Source: Macrostomum lignano | Taxonomy: Eukaryota | Reading direction: 5' to 3' | Length of the DNA: 64,000 nucleotides | Assembly (NCBI GenBank): GCA_002269645.1 | Contig: NIVC01002352.1 | Coordinates: 117,747-181,746 of the forward strand | Shown: one piece after another, positions 23,056 to 35,098 of the stretch | How positions within the stretch are numbered: position 1 is the stretch's first letter | How the letters are laid out: each line of letters begins with the position of its first letter | Made by a program: the position numbers and the translations under genes | The notes under the pieces: model-generated | Databases searched by the model: none | Told to the model about the DNA's origin: nothing | What the model saw: the letters and a program-made list of their open reading frames with translations, nothing else

Positions 23056-23897
23056 TCTGCTGTTATACGTTCAGTCTAAGCTAAACGTTAGAAGTTCAAT
23101 AGAAGCTTGGAATGGTGTTTTTTGTTATCGATCGACGCGATTCGCAATTTACCAAGATAGTCAATACGCTGCTTTAAATTGTCTGTGACACGACCAGATT
23201 GTGTTTTCTAGCGGTCAAATTTAGCTGTTAGTGTCGCGGATTGTCCTTCTTTGTCTATGGTCGAGTCTCAAACCCCGCCAACGGAGGCCATGAAGATGGG
23301 GGTCTAGCGCGGCGCTCTTATAGTGACCACTAGGGCTCCTCGATTCCATGTGCAGTCAAACTAATTTGGGGTTGTCTCGACTTCCTTAAGTCATTGCTTA
23401 TTTCACTTTCTCTCGTCTCTGTTTTCTCTGTTTTCTTTCCCTCTGTCTAGTTCAATCTTGATATTCTTATCTCTCTCTCCCTCGCTGCCTTCTGATTGGC
23501 TCTCCATTCTCGCCTCTTTCCTCAGTCGCGCAGTCCACCCTTCCTCTTATCTAATTGCAATCACCCCCCTAATAAATGCCTTTAAAATACTGATTATTTG
23601 GGCCCGGCGCCGCCCTTCACTGTCTGCTAATGTAATGTTTGGGCTAAATTGGAATCTCGGCTTGGCTCTAGATTAATTAAATTAATCTTAAATTAATTTA
23701 AATTGATTAACTTAAATTGGCTCTTAGATTAGTTAAATTAATTAACCGCCTTGATCGGGCAACCCCCCCCCCATGAGACAGTAAATTGTACAGGCCTAGC
23801 GATAAATAAAGTTAGGGCCACTGTACACTCCTGTGTGAGTGTGCCTGTGCGTAAGACTGCGTACGTATCCGCGCGCTTGTGTGCCTGCTCTGGGGCC

Positions 23898-26377
23898 CGT
23901 GCTATAGATTTAAGAGCAAGGGAGTAAGGAGTTAGAAGTCAGGAGTGGTCCTAGCAAAGAGTAAATCGATTTTGTGTGCTATAAAGTTCAAGAATCAAGA
24001 GTTAGGAGCTAGGAGTTGTTCCAGGGATAGGAGTGAGGACTTCTAAGGAGTGTAAGGTGATTGGCTAAGGAGTCTGCCAATCTGTGTGCTATATTAAACT
24101 CCTAAATGTATGCACCTTTAGGAGTAATTCTAGGAATTAAATAACAAGTTAAAATAAGTTTTATTACCCTGTGAAAAGCGGCTATGAGCGCGTAAAGCAA
24201 TAAAACCATTTGAGGCTAACAAGCCTGCCATTTAATTGGTGGAGGGAGCGCATTTAATTAGTTGATAGACTAAAGTAAATAAAAAATGGTTTAACTGCTA
24301 TTGTAATTAATTGCTCTCATTTGATAAACAACTAACACTCGTATAAGAAATATCGTAAAAGAAGGGTGCTATCAGAGGGTCGCTTTCACAAGCCCTAAAT
24401 TTCACAACGTCGCAAGACACAAACTTTCATAAGCTCTAAATTTCATAAACCCTAATTTTCACATCGTCGAAAAGTTGTGCACAGTATTTCATAAGCTCTA
24501 AATTTCACAAGCTCTAAATTTCACAACGTCGAAAACAAAACTTGCATCAGACTGCATAAACTATAAATTTCACAAGCCCTAAATTTCACAAGCCATACTT
24601 TTCATAAGACCTAATTTTCACAACGTCGAAAAGTTGTGCACAGAATTTCATAAGCTCTAAATTTCACAAGCTCTAAATTTCACAACGTCGAAAAACACTA
24701 TGGAGATACAATCTTTCACAAGACCTAAATTTCACAACGCCTAAAAACATGGCTTTTAAGCATTTTAAGCATGGCTTTTAAGCTTTTAAGCTTTTAAGCA
24801 TAGCTTTTAAGATACAATCTTTCACAAGACCTAAATTTCACAACGCCTAAAAACATGCCAGACACGGTAGGGTTTGGCTACACGGGGGGCAGACACGTAC
24901 CCAGATTCGATGGAAGCTTTTTAGGCGTTGTGAAATTTAGGTCTTGTGAAAGATTGTATCTCCATAGTGTTTTTAGGCGTTGTGAAATTTAGGTTAAAAC
25001 ATGTCTTTTAGACGTTGTGAAATTTAGGTCTTGTGAAAGATTGTATCTCCATAGTGTTTTTAGGCGTTGTGAAATTTAGGTCTTGTGAAAGATTGTATCT
25101 CCATAGTGTTTTTAGGCGTTGTGAAATTTAGGTCTTGTGAAAGATTGTATCTCCATAGTGTTTTTAGGCGTTGTGAAATTTAGGTCTTGTGAAAGATTGT
25201 ATCTCCATAGTGTTTTTAGGCGTTGTGAAATTTAGGTCTTGTGAAAGATTGTATCTCCATAGTGTTTTTAGGCGTTGTGAAATTTAGGTCTTGTGAAAGA
25301 TTGTATCTCCATAGTGTTTTTAGGCGTTGTGAAATTTAGGTCTTGTGAAAGATTGTATCTCCATAGTGTTTTTAGGCGTTGTGAAATTTAGGTCTTGTGA
25401 AAGATTGTATCTCCATAGTGTTTTTAGGCGTTGTGAAATTTAGGTCTTGTGAAAGATTGTATCTCCATAGTGTTTTTAGGCGTTGTGAAATTTAGGTCTT
25501 GTGAAAGATTGTATCTCCATAGTGTTTTTAGGCGTTGTGAAATTTAGGTCTTGTGAAAGATTGTATCTCCATAGTGTTTTTAGGCGTTGTGAAATTTAGA
25601 GCTTGTGAAATTTAGAGCTTCTGAAAATAGAAGCAAATTTAATTTTCGACATTGTGATATTTAGGGTTTGTGAAATTTAGGGTTTGTGAAATTTAGAGAT
25701 AGTGAAATTTAGGGCTTTTGAAATTCTGTGCATGCCTTTTAGGTGTTATGAAATTTAGGGCTTGTGAAATTTAGGTCTTGTGAAATCTGCTGCATTGCTT
25801 ATTTTCGACGTTGTGAAAATTAGGGTTTATGAAATATAGGTCTTATGAAAGGTTCTGGTTTCGACGTTGTGAAAATTAGGGTTTGTGAAACGACCCTCTA
25901 TCAGAGACCATAAAATTGGTCATTTTTGTTATTCAGCAAACGTGCCCGTTTCACTTTTTAGCACAGACATTGCGAAATCCAAGATTGTGATGTTTTAAGA
26001 TGCAACATATCTTTGTTGAAATTGGCGTTGATTCTCATTGAGCGGAAATCATGACACAGTACGAATCAGTGATGACCCACTTTTTGATTTTCGAAAAAGC
26101 TTGTCCTTTGCTTAAATTGCCTGGGTCGCCGATTGTTGGCTCCCTCATCGTCTGAGCCTAGGTCGCTATCCGAAAACATGACAAAAAAAGACACTCCTTA
26201 CTAACCTAAGAGTAAAATTTGGCCCTTGAAATCTCATCTAGGAGTTAGGAGCTAGAAATGAAATTCGCTCCTTCTATAGGACACGCACTCCTAAACTCAC
26301 TCCTAAACGGCAATTCCTAGCTCCTAGCTCCTACTCCCCGCTCCTTATTCTATAGCACGCGACAAACCTATAGCACG
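23898..26377. mobile_element. Non-autonomous TIR element with CGTGCTATAG termini and AGGAG/CTCCT subterminal motifs
   Basis: cgtgctataga at 23898 and ctatagcacg at 26350 and 26368; mirror-image AGGAG-rich and CTCCT-rich subtermini. TSD and superfamily unresolved. Confidence 0.7.
24377..25896. mobile_element. Foldback-like (MULE-type) element with long internally repetitive inverted arms
   Basis: Termini gggtcgctttcacaagccctaaatttcacaacgtcg / cgacgttgtgaaaattagggtttgtgaaacgaccc; 9-bp TSD gctatcaga (24368) / tctatcaga (25897) with one mismatch; right arm has a 52-bp unit x about 13. Confidence 0.8.
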
Positions 26378-27030
26378 CGGAATGGGCAGTAATGCCTCTC
26401 GCCGGTTGTGTGGCAATATCGCTTAAAGTGCGCTAAAAAACTGTAAAAAATAAATAAAATAAATAAATAGAATACATGCTAATAAATAAATGGACGGATA
26501 AAGGAAACCCTTTCCTAGCTATAGCTATTTTTGCCAAAAACGGTATTCGATTCTAGCACTATATATACGCGAGTGAAAATAGGCAAAAGTTGCTTAAAAA
26601 CAAAAACAGCAAGCATGTCATTGGCGTGATCTGATCCTTTATTTGTCTGTGTGCAAAGCTTATATCTGCCTAATCGCAACTCGCAAGGCATACGACGAAT
26701 AGCTTGTCAAATATAGGTTTGATCTTGTTGATCCACACATTAAAGTTGCTCGTTTCACGCCTGACCAAAGACTATTTTAGATGGCTGAACTCAAATTGTT
26801 CCCTTTTGTCTACTATGGTTCTAAGGAAAACAAAATCCCGAGTTTTGCCAATCCCGGGATTCTCGGGATGGGGATATCCCGGACTTTGCTAATCCTGGGA
26901 TACCTGGATTAAAGTTTCTAATCTTTGGTGCAATTTTGGTTTACGAAGCCATCTACATGTAACCTGATTTTAAAGGGCTTTCAAAAATAAAGTAGAACAG
27001 AAGAAAATATTTTGCTAACAAGAAACTGAC

Positions 27031-28198
27031 CAGTGTTGGGCACTTCCGTTACCGAGTAACTTGTAAATGGTAACGCAAGTTACTTTTTCGTAAAGCGTTC
27101 CTTACGCAAGTTACTTTCCTATTTTGGTAACGGAGTAACGGTAAGTTACTCAAATTTCGGAAGTCCGTTACAGTTACTTTGCAACAATCGCAATATTTAA
27201 ATTTAAAACTGATATGCTTAGCTATTACGCCAGTTGTCACATTTTTAGCATTTTTCATTCTTAAATTCAAAACTAAGTGAATAATATCATACGGTATTAC
27301 GCTGTAATTAATAAAGAAATACTTGAAACATGTTTTTACTTTGTTATTTTCGGTAAAATATTTTTGCTTTTCGTTTTTAAGTTAATAAAAATATTTTGTT
27401 TAGTTCTTAGAAACAAACAACCAAAGAAAGAAATTCATCTGTAGTCTCCACAAATCCACTCAGTGATCGACGTAGCCAGGAATTTTAATTGGGGGGGGGG
27501 GGGGGGGTTGGCCTGGCTGGCCATGCCTCATGCACCCGCCACGCCCAACCCCACCCCCCCCCCCTGGTGGGGTGTCTTGCAGGTGGGGTGAAGTTGCCGC
27601 CCCAACGATTGTTAAGGCGGCCTCCCTGGCTACACCACTAAAGTCCACTGGCACTGCACTGCACTGCACAATAATTTAATAGTAATGAATTGAAAAATAA
27701 TTGAAAAAATTGAAAAATTTTTCAAATAATTGAAAATAAAAAGACTAGTAAAGCAGACTGTAGAGTGGAGTAAAGCCAGGTACTTATTACGAGCGATGTA
27801 TTATCAAGGACAACTGAAGTTACGTTAAGTTGTCCTTGTGTATTATAACTTATAATGTTATTAAAAATTAAATTGCGTTTTGCCTTTAACGTTTCTGACC
27901 TTCAGCTTCTCTTCTTTTTACGGAAAGGGCCTAAAGTAATTAAAATTTAATACAGTTACTGAAATTTTCTTCCTTCTGGCTTTCGCGATCATTTGTGCTG
28001 TTCCAGCACATTTGCAATGTTAAAAAAGCAGAAAATTTTGTTTATAACATAGGTAACGGAAGTAAGTAACGGAAGTAACTTAAAAGTTACCGGGTTTTTG
28101 TTCAAAGTTACTAGGCTAACGTAAGTTACTTTTTAAAAAGTGGTAACTTAAGTTACAGTAACGCAAGTTACTTTTTTTGAGTAACTTGCCCAACACTG
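27031..28198. mobile_element. hAT-type non-autonomous element (CAGTGTTGGGCA TIR)
   Basis: TIRs cagtgttgggca / tgcccaacactg; perfect 8-bp TSD aaactgac (27023-27030, 28199-28206); GTAAC/GTTAC subterminal repeats. Confidence 0.88.
27461..27640. mobile_element. Small G-run MITE nested in the hAT element
   Basis: Imperfect TIRs cagtgatcgacgtagccagg / cctggctacaccacta; flanks aaatccact / aagtccact. Confidence 0.6.
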
Positions 28199-29104
28199 AA
28201 ACTGACAGTGAGTTCTGAATTGGAGTGTGATGTACGGACTGGTGTATTAGACGTGCTTTGATTGTGATGTAACCTGGGGAATGATAGCTTACAGTCAGAG
28301 CTATGGCCCGAGGTACTGATACCAGGGTAGAAGGGGATCAGACCTCACCCTCCCAGAGTCCCAGGCCCTAGAAGAAGAACTGCAGTAGCTTGGTTTGTGA
28401 TACTATGGCAAGGTCTCACTGTTCTAATCCCAACTACGGCCAAGGAGTTTTGAAGGTATGGACTGCTTAACGTACATCATGTAATTCTGCCACCGCAATT
28501 ATGCTAAGCATCTAATGGTGTCCTGACAGTGATAATAATGAGGTCTTTTGCATAGGGGGGCTTCTGATCTGTGCAAGGTCGAGCGAGCCTTTGATTTTAA
28601 CTGGGTTTGAGATAGAGGGAGAGTTCCAATGAACAATGATTTGACTCCCGTCTGGCAAACGGCAGCGCTGCGATCGGAAACAATGAGGAATTGGCTTTTA
28701 TTGCTTTAGGCTCTGTGCACAGGTTTTAGAATAATAATTACGTCGTACATTAGTCTGCGAGTACCACATGCATACAGTTGTACGTACATTATTACACCTG
28801 AAATCTTCTTACGATCTGTCAACAGCTTCAGTTTTGTATCCCTGCAGCCGTAAGTCTCGCTTCCAGTTGGCATTGGCATCACTGATCGATTTAGCGGTAT
28901 CCGCCGAAAGGGTATAGTTCATGGCAGTGACAACCCATAAAAAGCCTAGCTTAGACCCGACCGGATGGATGATCAAATGAAAACCGATTTTATACCTCAT
29001 GAAAGTTGTCCAGTTTGGACACTTTCTACAGCGCGCACAGCTATGAATGCGCCGCTGCGCTTTTAATCCTGCGAGTCTGAGTATGTCTTTGTTGTTAGTT
29101 TTTT

Positions 29105-29488
29105 ATGACCCAGCGGGGAAAGTGGGATATGGCAAGAAGGATGTTACGTCACGCTATTGGTGTGGGCAGCAAATCAGTGAAGAAGCTGGCGCATTCGTTT
29201 ACAGAGATGGCACAGGGCGATAACAATAATATCGACTGGTCCGCCTTGCTCGACGACGTCATAGTCGGGATGGCACCAACACGACCCACGTCCCCAACCG
29301 CCCCGACTTCTCCTCGTGCCATGGACAGGTCGGAGCTGGCCATGGAGATATTCTGGTCGGATGTTCCACTGGCACCCCGGATAGCAGAGGCTGTATCTGC
29401 GTCGCCAGAAGTCGCTGCGTCCGCGTCCCCAGAAGTCGCTACCGTAGCCCCTGCCTCCTCTGTGTACTCCGAGTCACCGGAGCGCTAG
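29105..29488 (+). CDS. Unknown 127-aa ORF with a Pro/Ser/Ala-rich tail
   Basis: ATG-initiated, GC-rich and non-repetitive; no motif recognised. Confidence 0.35.
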   Translation: MTQRGKWDMARRMLRHAIGVGSKSVKKLAHSFTEMAQGDNNNIDWSALLDDVIVGMAPTRPTSPTAPTSPRAMDRSELAMEIFWSDVPLAPRIAEAVSASPEVAASASPEVATVAPASSVYSESPER

Positions 29489-30011
29489 CGGGACAAGTGT
29501 CGGACTATTTTTTCGTTTGGGGGGGGGGGCGCTGGACTTATAATGAGCGAAGAATCAGACGCTGGGGTAGCATCGGCGCAGGAATGAGGACGACTTTGAG
29601 TCGCAATAGTGACATATTTCTCTTAGTGTGATTCAGATTAAGCAGATTAGCTAGACATCGCGGATGACAATTAGGCAGTGGCAATTGTCCTGGCATTCGT
29701 CTTAATTCCTGTTATAGCTTGCATCCGCAACTGGGACATAGCATCCGCAACTGACCGGCGCCAATGCCGAGCAGCTGAGGGTGCAGGAGCAACAGCGATT
29801 GTTGGCAGAACTTTGCATCAGAACTTTTTGCTATGTCGGCAGTGTATTTTCTTTGAGTGTATTTTACACTTGCTGCCGTGAAATTGGGGGTGCTTTGCTC
29901 GACTTATTGCACTGGGCAGTGGGGTACTCTCTGTGGTCGCTGGCTGTGGAAATTGATGCATCCATTTAAGCAGGTGAACTGCTAATTTTAAACTTCAAAT
30001 ATTCAATCATC

Positions 30012-32255
30012 ATGGTCCGGACTCGCCAAAATGTCGAAAAGTGCACCTTGTGCGGGCAGAAGCCTCAGCACGTAGAATGCCAGGAATGCGGCGAGCATAT
30101 GTGCAAGACGTGCAGCGGCATGGTGCACAAAAACCCGGCTCGGCGAAGCCACACAAGCCGCGGGTGGTTGCCAGGAGACCCGACGCGCCCACAGCCGGAA
30201 TTGTGGCAACGTAAGTAATTCTACGTTTAAAAACCATTTCTTCGCGTCGTTCAACATTCAACCCACCCCTTTGCTCATAGCGGTGGCAGCAGCAACCCTG
30301 CAGGTGGCAGCGGCAACCCTGCAGGTGGCAGCGGCAACCGCGCAGGTGCCGCAGGTGGCAGCGGCAACCCCGCAGGTGCCGCAGGTGGCAGCGGCGGCGA
30401 CTCCCCAGCCGGTATTGCGGCAACGTAAGTAATTCTACGTTAAAAAACCATTCCTTCGCGTCGTTCAACATTCAACCCACCCCTCCGCTCATAGCGGTGG
30501 CAGCGGCAACCCTGCAGGTGGCAGCGGCAACCCTGCAGGTGGCAGCGGAAGCGACTCCGCAGCCGGAAATGCTGCAACGTGAGTACACAATCCCTACAGC
30601 AACGGTTATTCTCAATGACTTCTCATTCACTCACCCCCTCCCCACTTAGTTCCAAGCCGGAACGACGTCGCACCGGCGAGACCTGTGCGGACGGCTCGGT
30701 TGCCAAGCGCCCGCGTAGTACCGCAGCGTCACACCTGCAGGCGTCGACAATTGCCAAGTCGGCGGTCGCGACGGCCTCTGTGGCACCATCTGCGGGTGCA
30801 AACGCTCCGCTTGCTGCGCAAGCAGGTATGCAGTACTGGCTGGTGCAGTTTGTACCCCAGCTAAATTTCAAGCTCGTATGCGAATCCCACATTGCGACAC
30901 CGATACCCGCTGGCGGCTATACTCGTTGGGCAGAGGTGTCCGTCTACTGTGCGAAGGCAATAACAAATGCCAGTGCCAAGCACAGGGCCCTGCTGTTCAA
31001 CGGGCCATTTAAGAGCTACCGGGAGGCCAAGCTTCACGAGCGGCTCTGCAAGCATCTTCCACCTGATCCCCTTGCAGTGCAGCTGCGATGTCCGCAGTGC
31101 CAGCTTCGTGATACTCAGTTGGCTGAAGCCAACGGCGCTGTGTCTGGCCTGCGAGACACTGTCAGCAAACAGCAGGCTGAGCTCGATACCTTGCGCCAGG
31201 AGCGCGATAATGCGCTCGCTCTGCAGGCCGAGACGGCTCAGGAAATAAGCAGCCTCCGCAGCACAGTCGCGCAGCTGCAGCAGGAGCGACACGCCGCCGC
31301 CGCTGAGGCGCAGTCGGTGGCTGCATCGCTGCGCTCGCTGGCGTCCCGGGTGGCCGCAGGCTCGTCTACTGCAGCCGGAATTGCCGCAACGTAAGTAATT
31401 CTACTTTACGCAACCATTCCTTCGCGTTATTCAACATTCGCCTACCCCTCCGCCTCCAGCGGCGGCAGCGGCAACCCAAGCAGCTTGCCTGCTCCTGCTG
31501 CCAATGCCATGTCCATTGAGGAGCTGTACGACATCATTCAACTGGAGCCGTCAATGCCCTGCAGCTCTCCATTGGCTAACTCCGCGCCTATGCCCGTGCC
31601 CGTACAGCAGCAACGCTCCGACTGCACGGAGCCTCTTTTTACAGGCTGCACTGTTATGGCAAGTCGTTTGATATGATTGACGTGGAGGAGATGAAAGTTG
31701 GGGAGCAATATTGCACAGTATGTACCGATATTAAACAACCGGACAAGTCCCCCCTCGTCTTCCTCTTCACAGATCGACTCAACAGCGGTAGCCATCTTGA
31801 GCGCCGCGTTGGCTGATTTCCAGCGGGAGCGCTCCGACAGCAGCCGGTTGCGCCTCATCCGGAAGCTGCTGACGGCTGTCTGCACGGAGGAGGAGCTGCG
31901 CAATTGCACCTACACTGGTCGCAGCGACGCTCCCAGACTGTCTGCCGCGAAACGCTCTGCTGTTGCCAGCTACTTGCGGACTGAGGCGAGGCTGGCCAAC
32001 AGCGAGCCGCTCGTGTCAACAGCTTTCCGGCAACTTCGGGAATTGCGCCTGCGGAAGACGCGACCGCCGCCTTCCGGCGAAAAGAAGCAAAATAAGCAGA
32101 CGGCCGGCCAGTCATCAGCCGAAGCTGTTGCCGACCCCGAAGCCGACGATGTTGAATCCGCCGACGCTGAAGCTGCTGACGCCGAAGCCGCCAACGCTGA
32201 AGCTGCTGACGCCGAAGCCGCCGGTGCTGAAGCTGGCGATGCTGAAGCCATTTGA
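30012..32255 (+). CDS. B-box-like zinc finger + G/S/A linker + coiled coil + BEN domain protein (about 633 aa after correcting one 2-nt frameshift); possibly transposon-borne or a pseudogene
   Basis: Exons 30012-30210, 30281-30424, 30495-30578, 30650-31390, 31460-31658, 31719-32255. CTLC..ECQECGEHMCKTCSGMVH..RRSH; heptad-rich 31100-31340; BEN-like LIRKLLTAVCTEEELRNCTYTGRSDAPRLSAAKRSAVASYL. Exons 2-5 join in phase 2, and the last intron is GC-AG. Confidence 0.6.
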
Positions 32256-32689
32256 CTCTTGTTTTAGTGCCACTTCGCAGGGACTGATGAGAAGGGGGGT
32301 AACAGTGGGTGATCATCCTGAAGAATCAGGGAGGGAATAACAACGGCTGATCCTGAAGAATCAGGGAGGGAATAACAGCGATTAGTACAGACGTAAATAA
32401 ATCTTTTTATGTTCCATCTGTACCTCGTAATATATGTAACTCAGTTAATTTAATTACTAACTGTTTCAAATTTACGTCACTTCCGTCTACTTGTAAAATG
32501 CTATGCAATAAAATGTAATTGCCAAATATATCTTGGTACCTGCAGAATTTTAAAGAACAAGTTTAAATAATTTTGACATAAATTTTGTTTGCCAACAAAA
32601 TCAAAGCCTTTCTGACTTTTAAGTTCCCGTTAAGTTGCCACCAGGCCGGGGCCGAACAGCTTGAAGCAGCTGCAATGCAACTAACAGTG

Positions 32690-33191
32690 ACACCTTTCGT
32701 GCCTCAAGTGCACCTTAAAAGCACCTACTATTCACCTTTCGTGCCTCAAGTGCACCTTAAATGCACCTACAATTCACCTACAGTGCAACTCCAGTGCCTC
32801 ATATGCACCTATTTACGCCGCACATGTACACCTTATGCACCTCTAATTCACCTTTCATGCGCCTTCTGCGCCCCTTCAGCACCTCCCGTGCACCTGCTGT
32901 GCCTCACTTGTGAGCCTACTCTTCACCTTTTGCGCACCTCCAGTGCCCCTTATACACCTTTACTGCCCCTACCGCCGCAACCAATCAAAATTGAGAATTC
33001 ACCTACTGCCTGACCACTTCACCGATTTTACACCTTTCATGCCTCTTTTCAAAAATATTGGTGACATTTAGGCATAAAAGGTGCACTGAGGTGCATTTCC
33101 AAAAAACACGCGAAATAGGCCACCAAAGTGCCTCTTTTGTGCACCTCGTTCACCTTTTATGCCTCTGCAGGTGCATAACTTTTCCAACGGG
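32690..33191. repeat. Dispersed TGCACC/GGTGCA motif-rich tract resembling a transposon subterminus
   Basis: Many cacct/tgcacc motifs that switch orientation near 33060, ending ggtgcataacttttccaacggg. Confidence 0.5.
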
Positions 33192-34019
33192 AATGTCGAT
33201 GGCTCAACCCGAAGGAGCCCTTGTAAATTATACGATAGAGTCTATGAGTGGTACATGTAGCTGACGCTATAAAGAAGACTAAAATGACAAAAGGGAATGG
33301 CCAACATCAATGAGTTAATCTTCCCTATGAGGAACTGGGCGGCATATCGGCGGACGAATTGAACTACGTTTGCGGCGTCTAAGTGTCGATACTGTCACTA
33401 TGAATTCCCCCATGCGCCCTCTACTGAGATTGACATTGACAGGCTGAGTTGAAAATAAACAAACTAGCCAATTGTTTTGAACAATTCTGATTCTTCACTT
33501 TGTTGTTAGATATTGTATAGTGTTGCTCCTCTTGTTAATTTTAGAGCGTCAAATTACCGGTCATTAAATGTGTTAAGTGACGTTTCGAACAATGCTAGCC
33601 AATATTATAAAGTATAGCATAGTACCAATAAGGCCGGAAAGCTTTCAAAGTGAATTTCTCAAATTTTCTTGGAAAACTATTTCGATTTTAAAAGCAAGTT
33701 TCAATAAAAATGCATCATGAATTTCAGTTCATTCAGTTGATAACTTTATTTTGCATACAAACAGATGATACACACAGATGTAGTCTCACCCAGCTAAAGC
33801 ATTCTAATGATTAATTAATAACACATTAAAAATAACAATCATTTAATCAACTACAAAATACAAAATTTAAGCGCTCACAAGGACAAAAGAGACGCCATCC
33901 AGTGTAACACTAGCATTTCGTAGAAATTAAGTTAGTGCGCATTTTATATCAACGCGAGTACACGGTCACAATAACTGCAATCTATTATCAATACAATATC
34001 AAGTAATGCTTAGGCATCA

Positions 34020-35015
34020 GGAAGTCTTCTGGGGAACTTCAGGCCTCTGAGGGGCATAAACGATAGTTTCTTCAGGCTTCTGAGGGGTGGCCTCTAGACT
34101 TCTGAGGGAACCAGTAAGGGTGTCCTCTTCAGGCTTCTAAGGGGCATAAACGGTAGTTTCTTCAGGCTTCTGAGGAAACCGGGTGAGGGTGTCCTCTTCA
34201 GGCTTCTGAGGGGCATAAACGGTAGTTTCTTCCGGCTTCTGAGGGAACCGGGTGAGGGTGTCCTCTTCAGGCTTCTGAGGGAACAGGTGGCCTCTACAGG
34301 CTTCTGAGGGAACAGGTGGCCTCTTCAGGCTTCTGAGGGAACAGGTGGCCTCTTCAGGCTTCTGAGGGAACAGGTGGCCTCTTCAGGCTTCTGAGGGAAC
34401 AGGTGGCCTCTTCAGGCTTCTGAGGGAACAGGTGGCCTCTTCAGGCTTCTGAGGGAACAGGTGGCCTCTTCAGGCTTCTGAGGGAACAGGTGGCCTCTTC
34501 AGGCTTCTGAGGGAACAGGTGGCCTCTTCAGGCTTCTGAGGGAACAGGTGGCCTCTTCAGGCTTCTGAGGGAACAGGTGGCCTCTTCAGGCTTCTGAGGG
34601 AACAGGTGGCCTCTTCAGGCTTCTGAGGGAAGAGGTGGCCTCTTCAGGCTTCTGAGGGAACAGGTGGCCTCTTCAGGCTTCTGAGGGAAGAGGTGGCCTC
34701 TTCAGGCTTCTGAGGGAACAGGTGGCCTCTTCAGGCTTCTGAGGGAACAGGTAGCCTCTTCAGGCTTCTGAGGGGCATAAGCGGTAGTTTCTTCAGGCTT
34801 CTGAGGGAACAGGTGGCCTCTTCAGGCTTCTGAGGGAACAAGTGGCCTCTTCAGGCTTCTGAGGGAACAGGTGGCCTCTTCAGGCTTCTGAGGGAACAAG
34901 TGGCCTCTTCAGGCTTCTGAGGGAACAGGTGGCCTCTTCAGGCTTCTGAGGGAACAAGTGGCCTCTTCAGGCTTCTGAGGGAACAGGTGGCCTCTTCAGG
35001 CTTCTGAGGGAACAA
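34020..35015. repeat. 29-bp minisatellite (gaacaggtggcctcttcaggcttctgagg)
   Basis: About 25 homogeneous units preceded by longer variant units. Confidence 0.96.
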
Positions 35016-35098
35016 GCAGTCTAAGGAAGCAGAGTGGAATATTTCACCTTCTAGGGGATATATTGAAATTAGGCGCTTGAATAGAATAAACATAAATA

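Larger units (their letters stand above)
23300..26440 (+). mobile_element. tRNA-derived SINE family A, copy 3, split by nested insertions
   Basis: 5' part ends ...gtgcctgctctgggg at about 23895 and resumes cggaatgggcagtaatgcctctcgccgg at 26378; these are nearly contiguous in copy 2. Confidence 0.75.

Noticed and set aside
23400-23640. CT-rich insert inside SINE A copy 3
   Set aside because: No termini, TSD or second copy found, so it could not be classified.
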